In this document: piece by piece, positions 39,504-48,649 of the stretch
Position numbering within the stretch: position 1 is the stretch's first letter
Layout of the letters: each line of letters opens with the position of its first letter
DNA from: a virus
Lineage: Duplodnaviria > Caudoviricetes
IMG/VR virus record: IMGVR_UViG_3300033146_004156
Coordinates: 1 to 56,059 of that record
Length of the DNA stretch: 56,059 bases
Strand: one strand, 5' to 3'
Notes under the pieces: model-generated
The model's database searches: none
Told to the model about the DNA's origin: nothing
Seen by the model: only the letters and a program-made list of their open reading frames with translations
Program-made: the position numbers and the translations under genes

Positions 39504-41659
39504 GCGCAGAATTAGCAATACTTAACAAAGCAAAAAACGAAGCCGGTCATACTGTTTGTGTTCCAGAATATGATTACGATCCTTCTGATGAAGTTGATAT
39601 TAGTCGTAAAGTTTTGGGTGAATCTACACTTAATATAGTAGATGAAGCAACTATACACAATACTGATCCATTTGGTGATGGTAGTCTAGTGCATAAAATG
39701 GAAATGAATGACATTAATCCTACCATTGGCACAGCTGTAACAAATAATAATATTACTTTTGTTGATGAAAGTATGTTTGGTGGATCAAGTGTGTTTAATG
39801 GCACAAATTCAACATTTCTTTACGATGCAGATATTAAACCTGTTTTGACTAATCATTTCACAATAAGTGCATTTTGTAAAGCAAGTTCGATAATCAATAG
39901 CTCATATATATATTTGAGCGGTTGGACTACTCAAAATGCTAGTAGTTTAATACAATTACATCCTACTGGAATTTATGCATCTATCATTGATGGTTCTGGG
40001 CACTGGCATAATGTCTCATACATACGCACACCACCTATAAATGAATGGATTAGTATAATACTCATTTATTCAAGTACAGGATTGAAGTTATATGTGAATG
40101 GAGATTTAAAAAACGAAATATCAGGATCATTCAGCATAAAAAACATAGATGCAAATGTGCAAGTTGGTGGTTGGTATGATAATAATTCTAATTATTTCGA
40201 TGGTTTAATAGACCAAGTGGAAATATATAATAGACCATTAGAACATCATGAAGTACAAAAAATTTACAATTTAAGATCTTCTAATTATTACGAAGATACT
40301 ACAGATGTTAGAAAAATCCATGATATCTTTAATGACAGTTCTGCGATTGCCACTTATACAATGGATGGTAATGTCAAAGATTTAAGTGGAAATTATGATG
40401 GAGTTCCAACTAATATTAGTTATGGAAAGGGCGATTTTTATGGTAGTAGAAGTACTGTATTTAATGGTGTTGATAGTAAAATAATGATACCTAATCCTGA
40501 TGATTTTAAGATTGAAAACGATAGTGTAAGTGTATGGTTTAAAGTTGAGCACTCATCTAATGCAGTTGTTGTATTTAATAATAATACAGCTTCTTCTGGT
40601 GGTGGACGGACAATCAATGGTGGATTTTTAATAAAATTGGTTGATGGAACTATTCGCACAGATCATTTTATGAAGGACGTTGAGACTAATACAGACTACT
40701 TGGGTAATACTAACACTTCATATGCTGGTATATCTGTCACACCGTATAATTCAAACACTTGGAATAATTTAGTTATTGTTCGAGAATCCCTAAACACACA
40801 CAAAATATATTTAAATGGCATATTTGTAAATTCAGTATCCACATTGCAAAATATGAGGTGGAGTTCAGACTCTAGCAGGGATAATGTAAGTATAGGTATG
40901 TTATATGAAAGTGATACAGATTATTTTCCACTAAATGGTGAAATAGACCAACTAAGAATTTTCAACAGAGCCTTAACTGAATCTGAAATAAATGTACTTT
41001 ATACAGAAACTCTTCCAAGACCTCAAACAGTAAATAATTCTGATGTCTTTAATGATGGTAGTATTTTAGCTCATTATAAGTTCAATGGAAATGCATTAGA
41101 CGAAACTGGTAATTATAATGGAGTTGAAACAAATGTAACTTATGATGATGATGGTAAGTTTGGAAAATGTTTAGAAATGCCAGATATTGGTAATACTGGA
41201 AAAATTAATACTGGGACGATAACAGGTGACGTAATATCCTTAAGTTTATGGGCCAATATACCAATTTTTAAAGTTAGTGGGAGTTTATTCTATACTACAT
41301 CAAAAATTGGTATATATCTTATTGATAATGGGATTGCCATGCATTACAATAATGTTTGGTCTGGACCATTAAATTGTGTATTGCCTATAGATAATTTATT
41401 TCATCATTATGTGGTTACATCAAGAGACAATTTGTGTGTGTTGTATATAGATGGTATAGATAGTGCACAATTTGATATTACTGGAGGCACTCCACTAACA
41501 AATATAGAAATTGACATCGGCGGGGATGGAACCAGCTCATATTGCTTAAATGAATCTTTGACTGACCAACTAAGAATCTTCAACAGAGCCTTAACTCCTT
41601 TAGAAGTCTTAAAATTATATGAAGAAAAACCAGAATACAAAGCGGTTATTACAAAATGA
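39500..41659 (+). CDS. Cassette gene C2: three LamG domains
   Basis: MSAELAILNKAKNE; C-terminus PEYKAVITK. Confidence 0.85.
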   Translation: MSAELAILNKAKNEAGHTVCVPEYDYDPSDEVDISRKVLGESTLNIVDEATIHNTDPFGDGSLVHKMEMNDINPTIGTAVTNNNITFVDESMFGGSSVFNGTNSTFLYDADIKPVLTNHFTISAFCKASSIINSSYIYLSGWTTQNASSLIQLHPTGIYASIIDGSGHWHNVSYIRTPPINEWISIILIYSSTGLKLYVNGDLKNEISGSFSIKNIDANVQVGGWYDNNSNYFDGLIDQVEIYNRPLEHHEVQKIYNLRSSNYYEDTTDVRKIHDIFNDSSAIATYTMDGNVKDLSGNYDGVPTNISYGKGDFYGSRSTVFNGVDSKIMIPNPDDFKIENDSVSVWFKVEHSSNAVVVFNNNTASSGGGRTINGGFLIKLVDGTIRTDHFMKDVETNTDYLGNTNTSYAGISVTPYNSNTWNNLVIVRESLNTHKIYLNGIFVNSVSTLQNMRWSSDSSRDNVSIGMLYESDTDYFPLNGEIDQLRIFNRALTESEINVLYTETLPRPQTVNNSDVFNDGSILAHYKFNGNALDETGNYNGVETNVTYDDDGKFGKCLEMPDIGNTGKINTGTITGDVISLSLWANIPIFKVSGSLFYTTSKIGIYLIDNGIAMHYNNVWSGPLNCVLPIDNLFHHYVVTSRDNLCVLYIDGIDSAQFDITGGTPLTNIEIDIGGDGTSSYCLNESLTDQLRIFNRALTPLEVLKLYEEKPEYKAVITK

Positions 41660-41680
41660 TAAACAATATAAAGGAAAGAT

Positions 41681-42988
41681 ATGTCAAGTGAATTAACACA
41701 AGCAAAACAAATTAAACCTTATGGTATGAGAATTATATCACCAGAAAGATACGATGAAAATACAATGATAGATGTTACAGAATCTGTAGAAAATTCCCGC
41801 ACTAATGTTGAGCATGTTGTAATAAATGGTAGTACAACAACATTAGAAGATTTAAGTAATTACGCAGATATTTCAGCAATTGAAGCATCTGGCACGTTTC
41901 TAACTGATTCAACTTATGGAATTTCTTGGGGGCAACATATTGAATCTGATACATCATTAGATTTAATTATAGATGATGTCAATATATCAGAAGTACAATT
42001 TACTATAAGTGGTATATTAAATTCAAATTCGTTAGGATGGATGCATATTCTTATATATAATGCCGATGAAGAATATATAAGTTCTTCAACTATTAGAGAT
42101 GCCTGGGCAGCTGATTCAGTAGGCCAGACTTATGTAAGAGATGATATACTAATACAATCTCAATCAGCAATTAATATTATAAACGATACCATTATAGTTA
42201 AAGATATTAATATTACAAAAATAGTGGTTGGAATTTATTATATGCCTGGTTATAGTAAATCTCCAAGATGGATAAATTATTTAAAATATATTACTTCTAC
42301 TATAAAAGATGTAGAAATTAACACAACACACATTCACGATATTTTTGAAGATAATTCTATACTAGCGACTTATAGATTTAATGGCGATACTAAAGATATT
42401 GGTGGGAATTATAATGGTACTAATAATGGAGTTACATTTAATTCTGGAAAATTCGGAGAAGCTGGTACCTTTAATGGTGTGGATAGTAATATAGATATTG
42501 AGAATAATTCAAAATTTAATGTAAATACAACAGGTGCTATTACAATTTCTGGGTGGACTAAACTTGATAATTTTACAATAGAAAGTTATTTATTCAGCAC
42601 TAATAGTAATTCAAATACAACTTACAGCTATTATTTAGGAATAAATAATACTTCTAAAGTTGCATTATGCGGACATTGTAATGGAACTAATTGGAGTAAT
42701 GCGCATGGTACTACTGTTATAAAGCCAAATACTTGGTATTTTTTAACTGGTATTATAGTTAATGGTGGAGGTATTTCTATTTATCTTAATGGTAAATTAG
42801 AAGGGACAGCAACAGCACAACCAACAACTAATAATGTTATTGATGTTTGTATAGGGAGAAGTAGAGAATATTATTTAGATGGTAAAATAGATCAATTAAG
42901 AGTATTTAATAGAGCTTTAACAAAAGATGAAGTTTTAACTCTTTATAATGAAAGAGAAGATTATAAATGTGTAATTCCTATGCAATAG
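41681..42988 (+). CDS. Cassette gene D2: passenger domain plus one LamG domain
   Basis: MSSELTQAKQIKPYGMR...TMIDVT; HIHDIFEDNSILATYRFNG...DQLRVFNRALT. Confidence 0.8.
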   Translation: MSSELTQAKQIKPYGMRIISPERYDENTMIDVTESVENSRTNVEHVVINGSTTTLEDLSNYADISAIEASGTFLTDSTYGISWGQHIESDTSLDLIIDDVNISEVQFTISGILNSNSLGWMHILIYNADEEYISSSTIRDAWAADSVGQTYVRDDILIQSQSAINIINDTIIVKDINITKIVVGIYYMPGYSKSPRWINYLKYITSTIKDVEINTTHIHDIFEDNSILATYRFNGDTKDIGGNYNGTNNGVTFNSGKFGEAGTFNGVDSNIDIENNSKFNVNTTGAITISGWTKLDNFTIESYLFSTNSNSNTTYSYYLGINNTSKVALCGHCNGTNWSNAHGTTVIKPNTWYFLTGIIVNGGGISIYLNGKLEGTATAQPTTNNVIDVCIGRSREYYLDGKIDQLRVFNRALTKDEVLTLYNEREDYKCVIPMQ

Positions 42989-43427
42989 TACCTTTTCCCA
43001 AATCATCATATTTTTGAAATAACTCTAGGTCTTTTTTAAATTTTACAGTTAAAGTATTATAAATTTGTGCTTTAACTGTGAATCTTTCGTAGTCACCTTT
43101 AACATAACATTTTTCCATATCTCTTAATAAATAATGATAACGAACTAAATTTTTAGTATAGTCACTAATAAATGGAATATCTGCAATCATTAAATATGAT
43201 GCTTCTTCGTGGTCAGTAAAACTATATTCTTTATTAATAATATCTTCTGGTTTTTGATAAGCGGTAAATGGTTTTCCAATATCATGCAAAAATGCAGCAG
43301 GAATCATTTTATAATTACCGGCTTTTACTGTTTCATAAACAACTCTTAAGGTATGAACAACAACACCATGTTTGTGCCATGCATTCTGCCTCCAAAAAGC
43401 TGTTGTCATAATCGCTTTAATATTCAT
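42978..43427 (-). CDS. HD-domain phosphohydrolase
   Basis: WHKHGVVVHT...AAFLHDIGKP...DHEEAS...VRYH; early promoter at 43452-43485. Confidence 0.85.
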   Translation of the reverse strand: MNIKAIMTTAFWRQNAWHKHGVVVHTLRVVYETVKAGNYKMIPAAFLHDIGKPFTAYQKPEDIINKEYSFTDHEEASYLMIADIPFISDYTKNLVRYHYLLRDMEKCYVKGDYERFTVKAQIYNTLTVKFKKDLELFQKYDDLGKGTIA

Positions 43428-43534
43428 ACAATCTCCTTCTCTTTATAGTATATTATAACATGTTTAACGTTAAAGCACGGTTAGTTATTGGAACTAGTTT
43501 TGATAACTAATATTCGTTTAAAATTAGATTTAGA

Positions 43535-45382
43535 CTAACCCCAAGTATTAATAGTTGGTGTATACTTCTTGATTTTATCAACAATTTTACCTGTTAGTAT
43601 TGATAAATCTATTTTTTTACCAGCTTCTTTAACTTTAACGTACGCAGAATCTACAACATAGAACCCACCTGTTTCTGAAGCTTTAATCGCTGAATCTTGT
43701 CCCTTTTTATTAAAGGCAAATACGATAGCTCCATCCATATACTTCTTGATTTTAGAACCCATATTAACAATTTTTTTCATTGTTAATGCTGCTCCCTCGT
43801 GAGTATCAATTAAAATATCTTCAGGTACAACACGACTTCTTTCTTGATTTTGAGTTAAAGCAACTTTAACATCATTAACAACCCAAACAATATGGATATT
43901 TTCTTTAGCATAACCAAGTTCTGCAGTGTCCATAATAATATCGTTAAGCTTTTGGATATCATCTAAAGTAACATCAAATATAATATTTGGTTTTCTCTCT
44001 GGATTAGATGCAGCGATTGTATCAAATAATCTTCTTTGTTTCTTATCAGATATACCTAAATCTTTAACAATTTTATGTACTACTGAAACATTTTTAGGAT
44101 TCTTTAAATCAATATCTTTTAAAGATACTCCCATCTGTTTCATAACTTTATCATTTAACATAGGAGATTTCATAGCAAATACTTTAAGAGCATCAACATC
44201 TAAAATCTTCCCTTCAATTCCTAAAAGATTTTGAGTCACAAATCCTTTACCTGAATTATGATTTACTAAAAAATTCTTTAGTATAAATCTTTTATCTTCT
44301 TCTTCTATACTAAAACCATAATAATTATTTTCTGGTAATTCTTTTATTTCAAACCCCATTCTTAATACATTTTTATTCTTTTTATTAATAGGTTGTTTAT
44401 ATTCTAACACAATTGGTAAATCACTAAAATCATTTCCACTAATAGAAATTCTGTGATATTGTCTTATTTCACCATTCCAATTGATATTTTTTACAACACT
44501 TTTTGTTCTATAACCCAATGAACCACATAAAAATTCAATATCTTCTTTTAAACCATCAAATTTTGTTAAAATTTCAAACATTCCGCCAATATTACAACCA
44601 TCGGAATCTATTAAACCGGCAAGTACTTTTTTTCTATTTTCACTTGAAGTAATTAATAATTCTTTTGGGATTCGTTTTTCTGTATTAATATAACAATTAT
44701 CTCTAACATAATTAAGAAATGGGTTAATTTTTGAACCCTTTGTTGTAAGAGAATATGTTTTACAACCTAATTTTGTTGTTTTAATTGGGTTAAATGAATA
44801 ATTATTTATTTCATATTTTTCACTAATATGAGATATTAGTGGAGAATCATTCTCAATTGTAAAATTGGGGGTATTTCTTGTACCGTCTCCAAGCCAAAAT
44901 CCAATTAACCAAGGGTCTATTTCAAAATCATAATTATTTTCAAATTCAATTAATTCCGATTTATATAACTTAAGATATTTTTTAACTGATGGTTTAGTTT
45001 TTAAATATTCCGAATAAGTAAGATTATAAATTTGGCCTTTTTTAAATCCACATTTATTTGTGCTGCAAATAAATGTATGAATATGATTAATATTACAAGT
45101 ATAAGAGTCACCCTTATTTGTTGTAACTTCTAACATTTTTTCTCTACCAGAATGTAATTCTTTAACAGTACGAAGTTTTGAGTCGGGTCCCATTAATTTA
45201 TCATTAATATTTATATCTTGCACTTTTTTATATTCACCATTATACATTAGTATTTCTGTATCTTTAGTATGACACCCGGCTCCACCAGCTAATATAACAA
45301 TATTTCCAAATTTTGGATATGCTTTTTTACCTAGTGTAATTAGTACTTCATTAATAAATTCATTTTTAAAATCAAATTTCAT
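43535..45382 (-). CDS. P-loop NTPase/kinase (AAA_33/zeta-toxin-like) interrupted by an intein
   Basis: Exteins join to IVILAGGAG|SGKGF (Walker A); later LDVD, NIIFDVT and ALTQNQERSRVVP motifs. Confidence 0.85.
   Translation of the reverse strand: MKFDFKNEFINEVLITLGKKAYPKFGNIVILAGGAGCHTKDTEILMYNGEYKKVQDININDKLMGPDSKLRTVKELHSGREKMLEVTTNKGDSYTCNINHIHTFICSTNKCGFKKGQIYNLTYSEYLKTKPSVKKYLKLYKSELIEFENNYDFEIDPWLIGFWLGDGTRNTPNFTIENDSPLISHISEKYEINNYSFNPIKTTKLGCKTYSLTTKGSKINPFLNYVRDNCYINTEKRIPKELLITSSENRKKVLAGLIDSDGCNIGGMFEILTKFDGLKEDIEFLCGSLGYRTKSVVKNINWNGEIRQYHRISISGNDFSDLPIVLEYKQPINKKNKNVLRMGFEIKELPENNYYGFSIEEEDKRFILKNFLVNHNSGKGFVTQNLLGIEGKILDVDALKVFAMKSPMLNDKVMKQMGVSLKDIDLKNPKNVSVVHKIVKDLGISDKKQRRLFDTIAASNPERKPNIIFDVTLDDIQKLNDIIMDTAELGYAKENIHIVWVVNDVKVALTQNQERSRVVPEDILIDTHEGAALTMKKIVNMGSKIKKYMDGAIVFAFNKKGQDSAIKASETGGFYVVDSAYVKVKEAGKKIDLSILTGKIVDKIKKYTPTINTWG
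44255..45274 (-). mobile_element. 340-aa intein with a LAGLIDADG homing endonuclease
   Basis: Starts CHTKDTEILMYNG; block B TCNINH; DPWLIGFWLGDG and LAGLIDSDG motifs; ends LVNHN followed by Ser. Confidence 0.95.
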
Positions 45383-45405
45383 CGGCTCTCTCTAGTATTT
45401 TTATT

Positions 45406-45417
45406 TATTTATAAATA
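45406..45417. promoter_or_regulatory. Palindromic bidirectional late promoter TATTTATAAATA
   Basis: Lies between divergent genes starting at 45382(-) and 45464(+). Confidence 0.75.
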
Positions 45418-45463
45418 TTATAAAGAATATAAAGAATATTAAATTAATAGCAAGGAAGAAAAT

Positions 45464-46906
45464 ATGGCTACAGTATGGGGTGAAATATCAGGCTTTATCA
45501 CAAACCAAGTAGATTTAAATGCTTTAATAGATGTTAAAAGTAATGGTTTAAATAAAGTAACAGAAGAAGTAGGAAAAGATGGGTGGATACTAAAGGATAA
45601 TAATGGTAGATTATTATCAAATCCAGTAGGTGCCTACTCTATTGACTTTACTTGGCAAGACCAATCAAATCCAGTAAGAGTTGTTGGGGCAATAGGTAAT
45701 TATAGTTTTGCAACTGGTAGAAATACACTAGCATCTGGGTTTAATTCTACAGTATCTGGTGATAGTTCAGTTGCATCAGGAAATAATTCAATAGCATCTG
45801 GATTAAATACAACAGCATCTGGAGATTACAGTTACGCAGCAGGAAGAGACAATATTGCTGAAGGCTTACAATCATTTGTAGTTGGTGTAAATAATAATGC
45901 AATATCTAATTCTAGTTTTGCTGCAGGTAATACAAATATAGTAGAAGCGCATGCTACAAATCCATTTCAAACCGCATTAAATGGGTTCGCTTCTGGAAGT
46001 AATTTAATAGTAAATAATCCAAATCAAGCAGCGTTTGGTTCATATAATGCATTAGATGAATCAGACAATTCTGGTAAATATAAAATATTTACTATTGGAA
46101 TTGGATCATCAACTCCAGGTATTAGACAAAATGGGTTCGAAGTTTATAATGGAACCGGTCTAGAAAGAGGATCTGTAAAGGCACCTTATTTACAACAATC
46201 TACTATTGAAGCGGATATTACGGGTAAAGTTTTAATTACTAAAGAATATTTAGAAAGCGCTTATAATCATGCATTTGATGATGCTCCCATAGATGGAAAA
46301 ATTTACGGTAGAAGTAATAAATCTTGGAAACAAGTAGCAGATGGAGCATCGACGCAAGTATATTATAAAGGAACTGTAACCCCTCCCCAAGATTTTACTA
46401 TTCCGAATTCTCCCGATTTTCTTTTCTCGGCTGGAGATATTTACATGCAATATCAAATCCCTCATTTTGTTACTGATGGTAATGTTAATGATGTTGATGG
46501 TAATACTGCTTTATATGATGGGAATTATGCATATGATTCTGAATACCGTGAATATATGGTTAAAGATACTGGTTCGCCGAGAACTGGTAATGTTGCAGAT
46601 TTTATCTGGATAGAAATTACAAATGGTACATTAAATGAAGCACCATCTAATAATGTAAATTATAATAGAAGAAATGATAAGTGGGTGGAAGCTGCAATTC
46701 AAAAAGATGTATTATATAATAATAAAACATATTACAGACGTAATAAAGAATGGGTGGAAGCAGATTTAAATATTGTATTTAAAGGTGTTGAAGAACCCAA
46801 TACATTAGACGATTTCGGAGCAACTGGTGATAATTATATGAGGCAGAAAATAGATACTCCCCCTAATAATTATGTACTAAATTCAGAACCTGGTAGTCCA
46901 GATTAA
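45464..46906 (+). CDS. Fibre/whisker-like protein with YadA-like head repeats and three fibritin-foldon-like motifs
   Basis: VWGEISG..TNQ.DL start; ASG..S.ASG repeats; DAPIDGKIYGRSNKSW, EAPSNNVNYNRRNDKW, DVLYNNKTYYRRNKEW. Confidence 0.75.
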   Translation: MATVWGEISGFITNQVDLNALIDVKSNGLNKVTEEVGKDGWILKDNNGRLLSNPVGAYSIDFTWQDQSNPVRVVGAIGNYSFATGRNTLASGFNSTVSGDSSVASGNNSIASGLNTTASGDYSYAAGRDNIAEGLQSFVVGVNNNAISNSSFAAGNTNIVEAHATNPFQTALNGFASGSNLIVNNPNQAAFGSYNALDESDNSGKYKIFTIGIGSSTPGIRQNGFEVYNGTGLERGSVKAPYLQQSTIEADITGKVLITKEYLESAYNHAFDDAPIDGKIYGRSNKSWKQVADGASTQVYYKGTVTPPQDFTIPNSPDFLFSAGDIYMQYQIPHFVTDGNVNDVDGNTALYDGNYAYDSEYREYMVKDTGSPRTGNVADFIWIEITNGTLNEAPSNNVNYNRRNDKWVEAAIQKDVLYNNKTYYRRNKEWVEADLNIVFKGVEEPNTLDDFGATGDNYMRQKIDTPPNNYVLNSEPGSPD

Positions 46907-46915
46907 AGGAAAATA

Positions 46916-47740
46916 ATGGCAAATTTTTACACATACGACTTAAGAAATACAAGTGGTAATATTATATCTGGGACACCCGATGTAGTTAGAATTTATATTA
47001 GAGATGGTTATAGATTAGAAGTTGCATTAGTTGATGTAACGGCAATAAACCCTAATATGGAAATAACAATTAATGGCTTCTCGTTTAATTTTGGTGATGC
47101 TTTAACATCAGTAGTTAATGGAGATCAGACACATATTTGGAATTGGGGACTTAGTTTTCCTGGTGTACAAGGACTTTATAATTATCTTGAAACTAATGGA
47201 AGTGTTTTTAATATTTCTACAACTGATTTAGATTTAAATGTGCCGTATAGTGAATATACAAAAAACGGATCTACATGGGATTTAATATCTTGGGGAGAAG
47301 TGAAAGAAGCACCGTCAGATAATGCTCAGTATATTAGAAAAAATAAAGGTTGGTCTGTACTTGCAGCAGTAGAAGAAGCACCGCCCGGTAGTTTAGAATA
47401 TACAAGATCTAATGGTGGTTGGAAAGTGGTTGAACATATTCCAGAAGTATTAGATGATACTAAGTCATATGTTAGAAAATATGGGCAATGGGTAGAAGCT
47501 TATTTTGCAGGTGGACCAAAATTTAAAACTTATGAATATACTGCCACAGAAGGTCAATCTGTTTTTAGTGGTGTAGATAATAATGGTGAAACCTTATTAA
47601 TTAGCAATAATGTTAATGTACAGTGTTATTTAAATGGTTATTTATTAAAATTAGGTGATGCCACAATAACATCAACTACAATTACATTAACAAACAGTGT
47701 TACTTTAAATAGTAGTTTAAGTTTTATAGAATATTTATAG
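46916..47740 (+). CDS. Fibre-associated protein with three tandem foldon-like motifs
   Basis: EAPSDNAQYIRKNKGW, EAPPGSLEYTRSNGGW, IPEVLDDTKSYVRKYGQW; C-terminal YTATEGQSVF..YLNG virion domain. Confidence 0.7.
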   Translation: MANFYTYDLRNTSGNIISGTPDVVRIYIRDGYRLEVALVDVTAINPNMEITINGFSFNFGDALTSVVNGDQTHIWNWGLSFPGVQGLYNYLETNGSVFNISTTDLDLNVPYSEYTKNGSTWDLISWGEVKEAPSDNAQYIRKNKGWSVLAAVEEAPPGSLEYTRSNGGWKVVEHIPEVLDDTKSYVRKYGQWVEAYFAGGPKFKTYEYTATEGQSVFSGVDNNGETLLISNNVNVQCYLNGYLLKLGDATITSTTITLTNSVTLNSSLSFIEYL

Positions 47741-47749
47741 AATATTTAT

Positions 47750-48017
47750 ATGAGATTAGATGAAATTAGAAAAAAAAATTAAAAAGAACTGGTGCATATT
47801 CAAGATATATTTATGAAAAATATATGAAGTTAGATAGAATTATAGATTTAACGTATGTTTAAGAGAATACATCCGAGGTTTTAGATGCAGTTATTTGAAA
47901 AATTTTAAGTAGTACGCATACAGCGGCAAAGGAGCTACATATATTTTAACGATAGATATTACAACTTTAGAAAATGAAAATACAGAAATATTTAGTAAAT
48001 ATACTAAATTTAGATAA
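47750..48017 (+). pseudogene. Decayed small gene with a frameshift in an A9 tract and internal stops
   Basis: MRLDEIRKK, then a shifted frame LKRTGAYSRYIYEKYMKLDRIIDLTYV*ENTSEVLDAVI*, then YAYSGKGATYILTIDITTLENENTEIFSKYTKFR*. Confidence 0.45.
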
Positions 48018-48025
48018 GGATATTA

Positions 48026-48334
48026 ATGAATAAAGAAAAAATATTAGCAGATTTTACAGCAGATTTTAAAAAAGCTAAAGGCGCAATTGAGGAAATTTTA
48101 GAGCATAATAGAGCCATTGATGGTTTTTTAGTAGAGGATTTAACTCAAGGAGATTATAATAAGCTCGAGGAGCACATCGAAATTTCTAAAATAATACTTG
48201 ATGGTATTAAGAGTTTCAATGACCTGTACAAAAATGCCCCGGCTGTTTTAGAAAGTATAGATAAACTTCCAGGCGATGATAAGAAAAAAACTGGCACTTC
48301 ATTAGAAGATGTTATGAAAAAATTAGAGGATTAA
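48026..48334 (+). CDS. Probable terminase small subunit (gp16-like)
   Basis: Helical ADFKKAKGAIEEILE...EISKIILDGIKSFNDL pattern and C-terminal GTSLEDVMKKL resemble T4-like gp16; weak similarity judged by eye. Confidence 0.45.
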   Translation: MNKEKILADFTADFKKAKGAIEEILEHNRAIDGFLVEDLTQGDYNKLEEHIEISKIILDGIKSFNDLYKNAPAVLESIDKLPGDDKKKTGTSLEDVMKKLED

Positions 48335-48336
48335 AA

Positions 48337-48438
48337 ATGGCAACACAAGAACAATTAGACTCAGTAAGAGATTTACATGAGTTAAACTATAAAGGTTTAG
48401 CTGGATATAGAGAAGGGGGAATATCTGCTACTTCTTGA
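48337..48438 (+). pseudogene. Truncated third member of the MAT.(E/A)Q..V..LH family
   Basis: GAGGA RBS; MATQEQLDSVRDLHELNYKGLAGYREGGISATS*; similarity to 50711..50947 appears to continue past the TGA. Confidence 0.55.
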
Positions 48439-48584
48439 TTTAGTTTAACAGATTTTAACGAAAATCCACCTAATTTAACATACGTTGCAGGAATAATTTC
48501 CCAGTCGTCAGCCATAGCTGGAATAATTTTTGTTTTTTTACTTGTGAATTGTTTGAATAGTCTCGGGTTGAAATCGCAATACAT
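48387..48584 (-). CDS. Small hypothetical early ORF whose 3' half is antisense to the 48337 gene
   Basis: AAGGA RBS and early promoter at 48617-48649. Confidence 0.45.
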   Translation of the reverse strand: MYCDFNPRLFKQFTSKKTKIIPAMADDWEIIPATYVKLGGFSLKSVKLNQEVADIPPSLYPAKPL

Positions 48585-48649
48585 TTATATCCTTCATATT
48601 TAATATATTATATTATATTATAACATATTAGTATTAAAGGAATATTAAA

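Noticed and set aside
31084-42988. Diversity-generating retroelement or invertase shufflon acting on the lectin array
   Set aside because: There is no reverse transcriptase or recombinase in the window. The repeats are direct, lie inside intact ORFs and do not differ specifically at adenines.
47769-47778. Phase-variable poly-A switch
   Set aside because: Correcting the A9 tract still leaves downstream in-frame stops, so this looks like simple decay.
48436-48438. Genome-wide TGA or TAG recoding
   Set aside because: TGA and TAG terminate many clear genes (for example gp18 and C2 end in TGA, 21205..21918 in TAG), and long genes are intact under the standard code.
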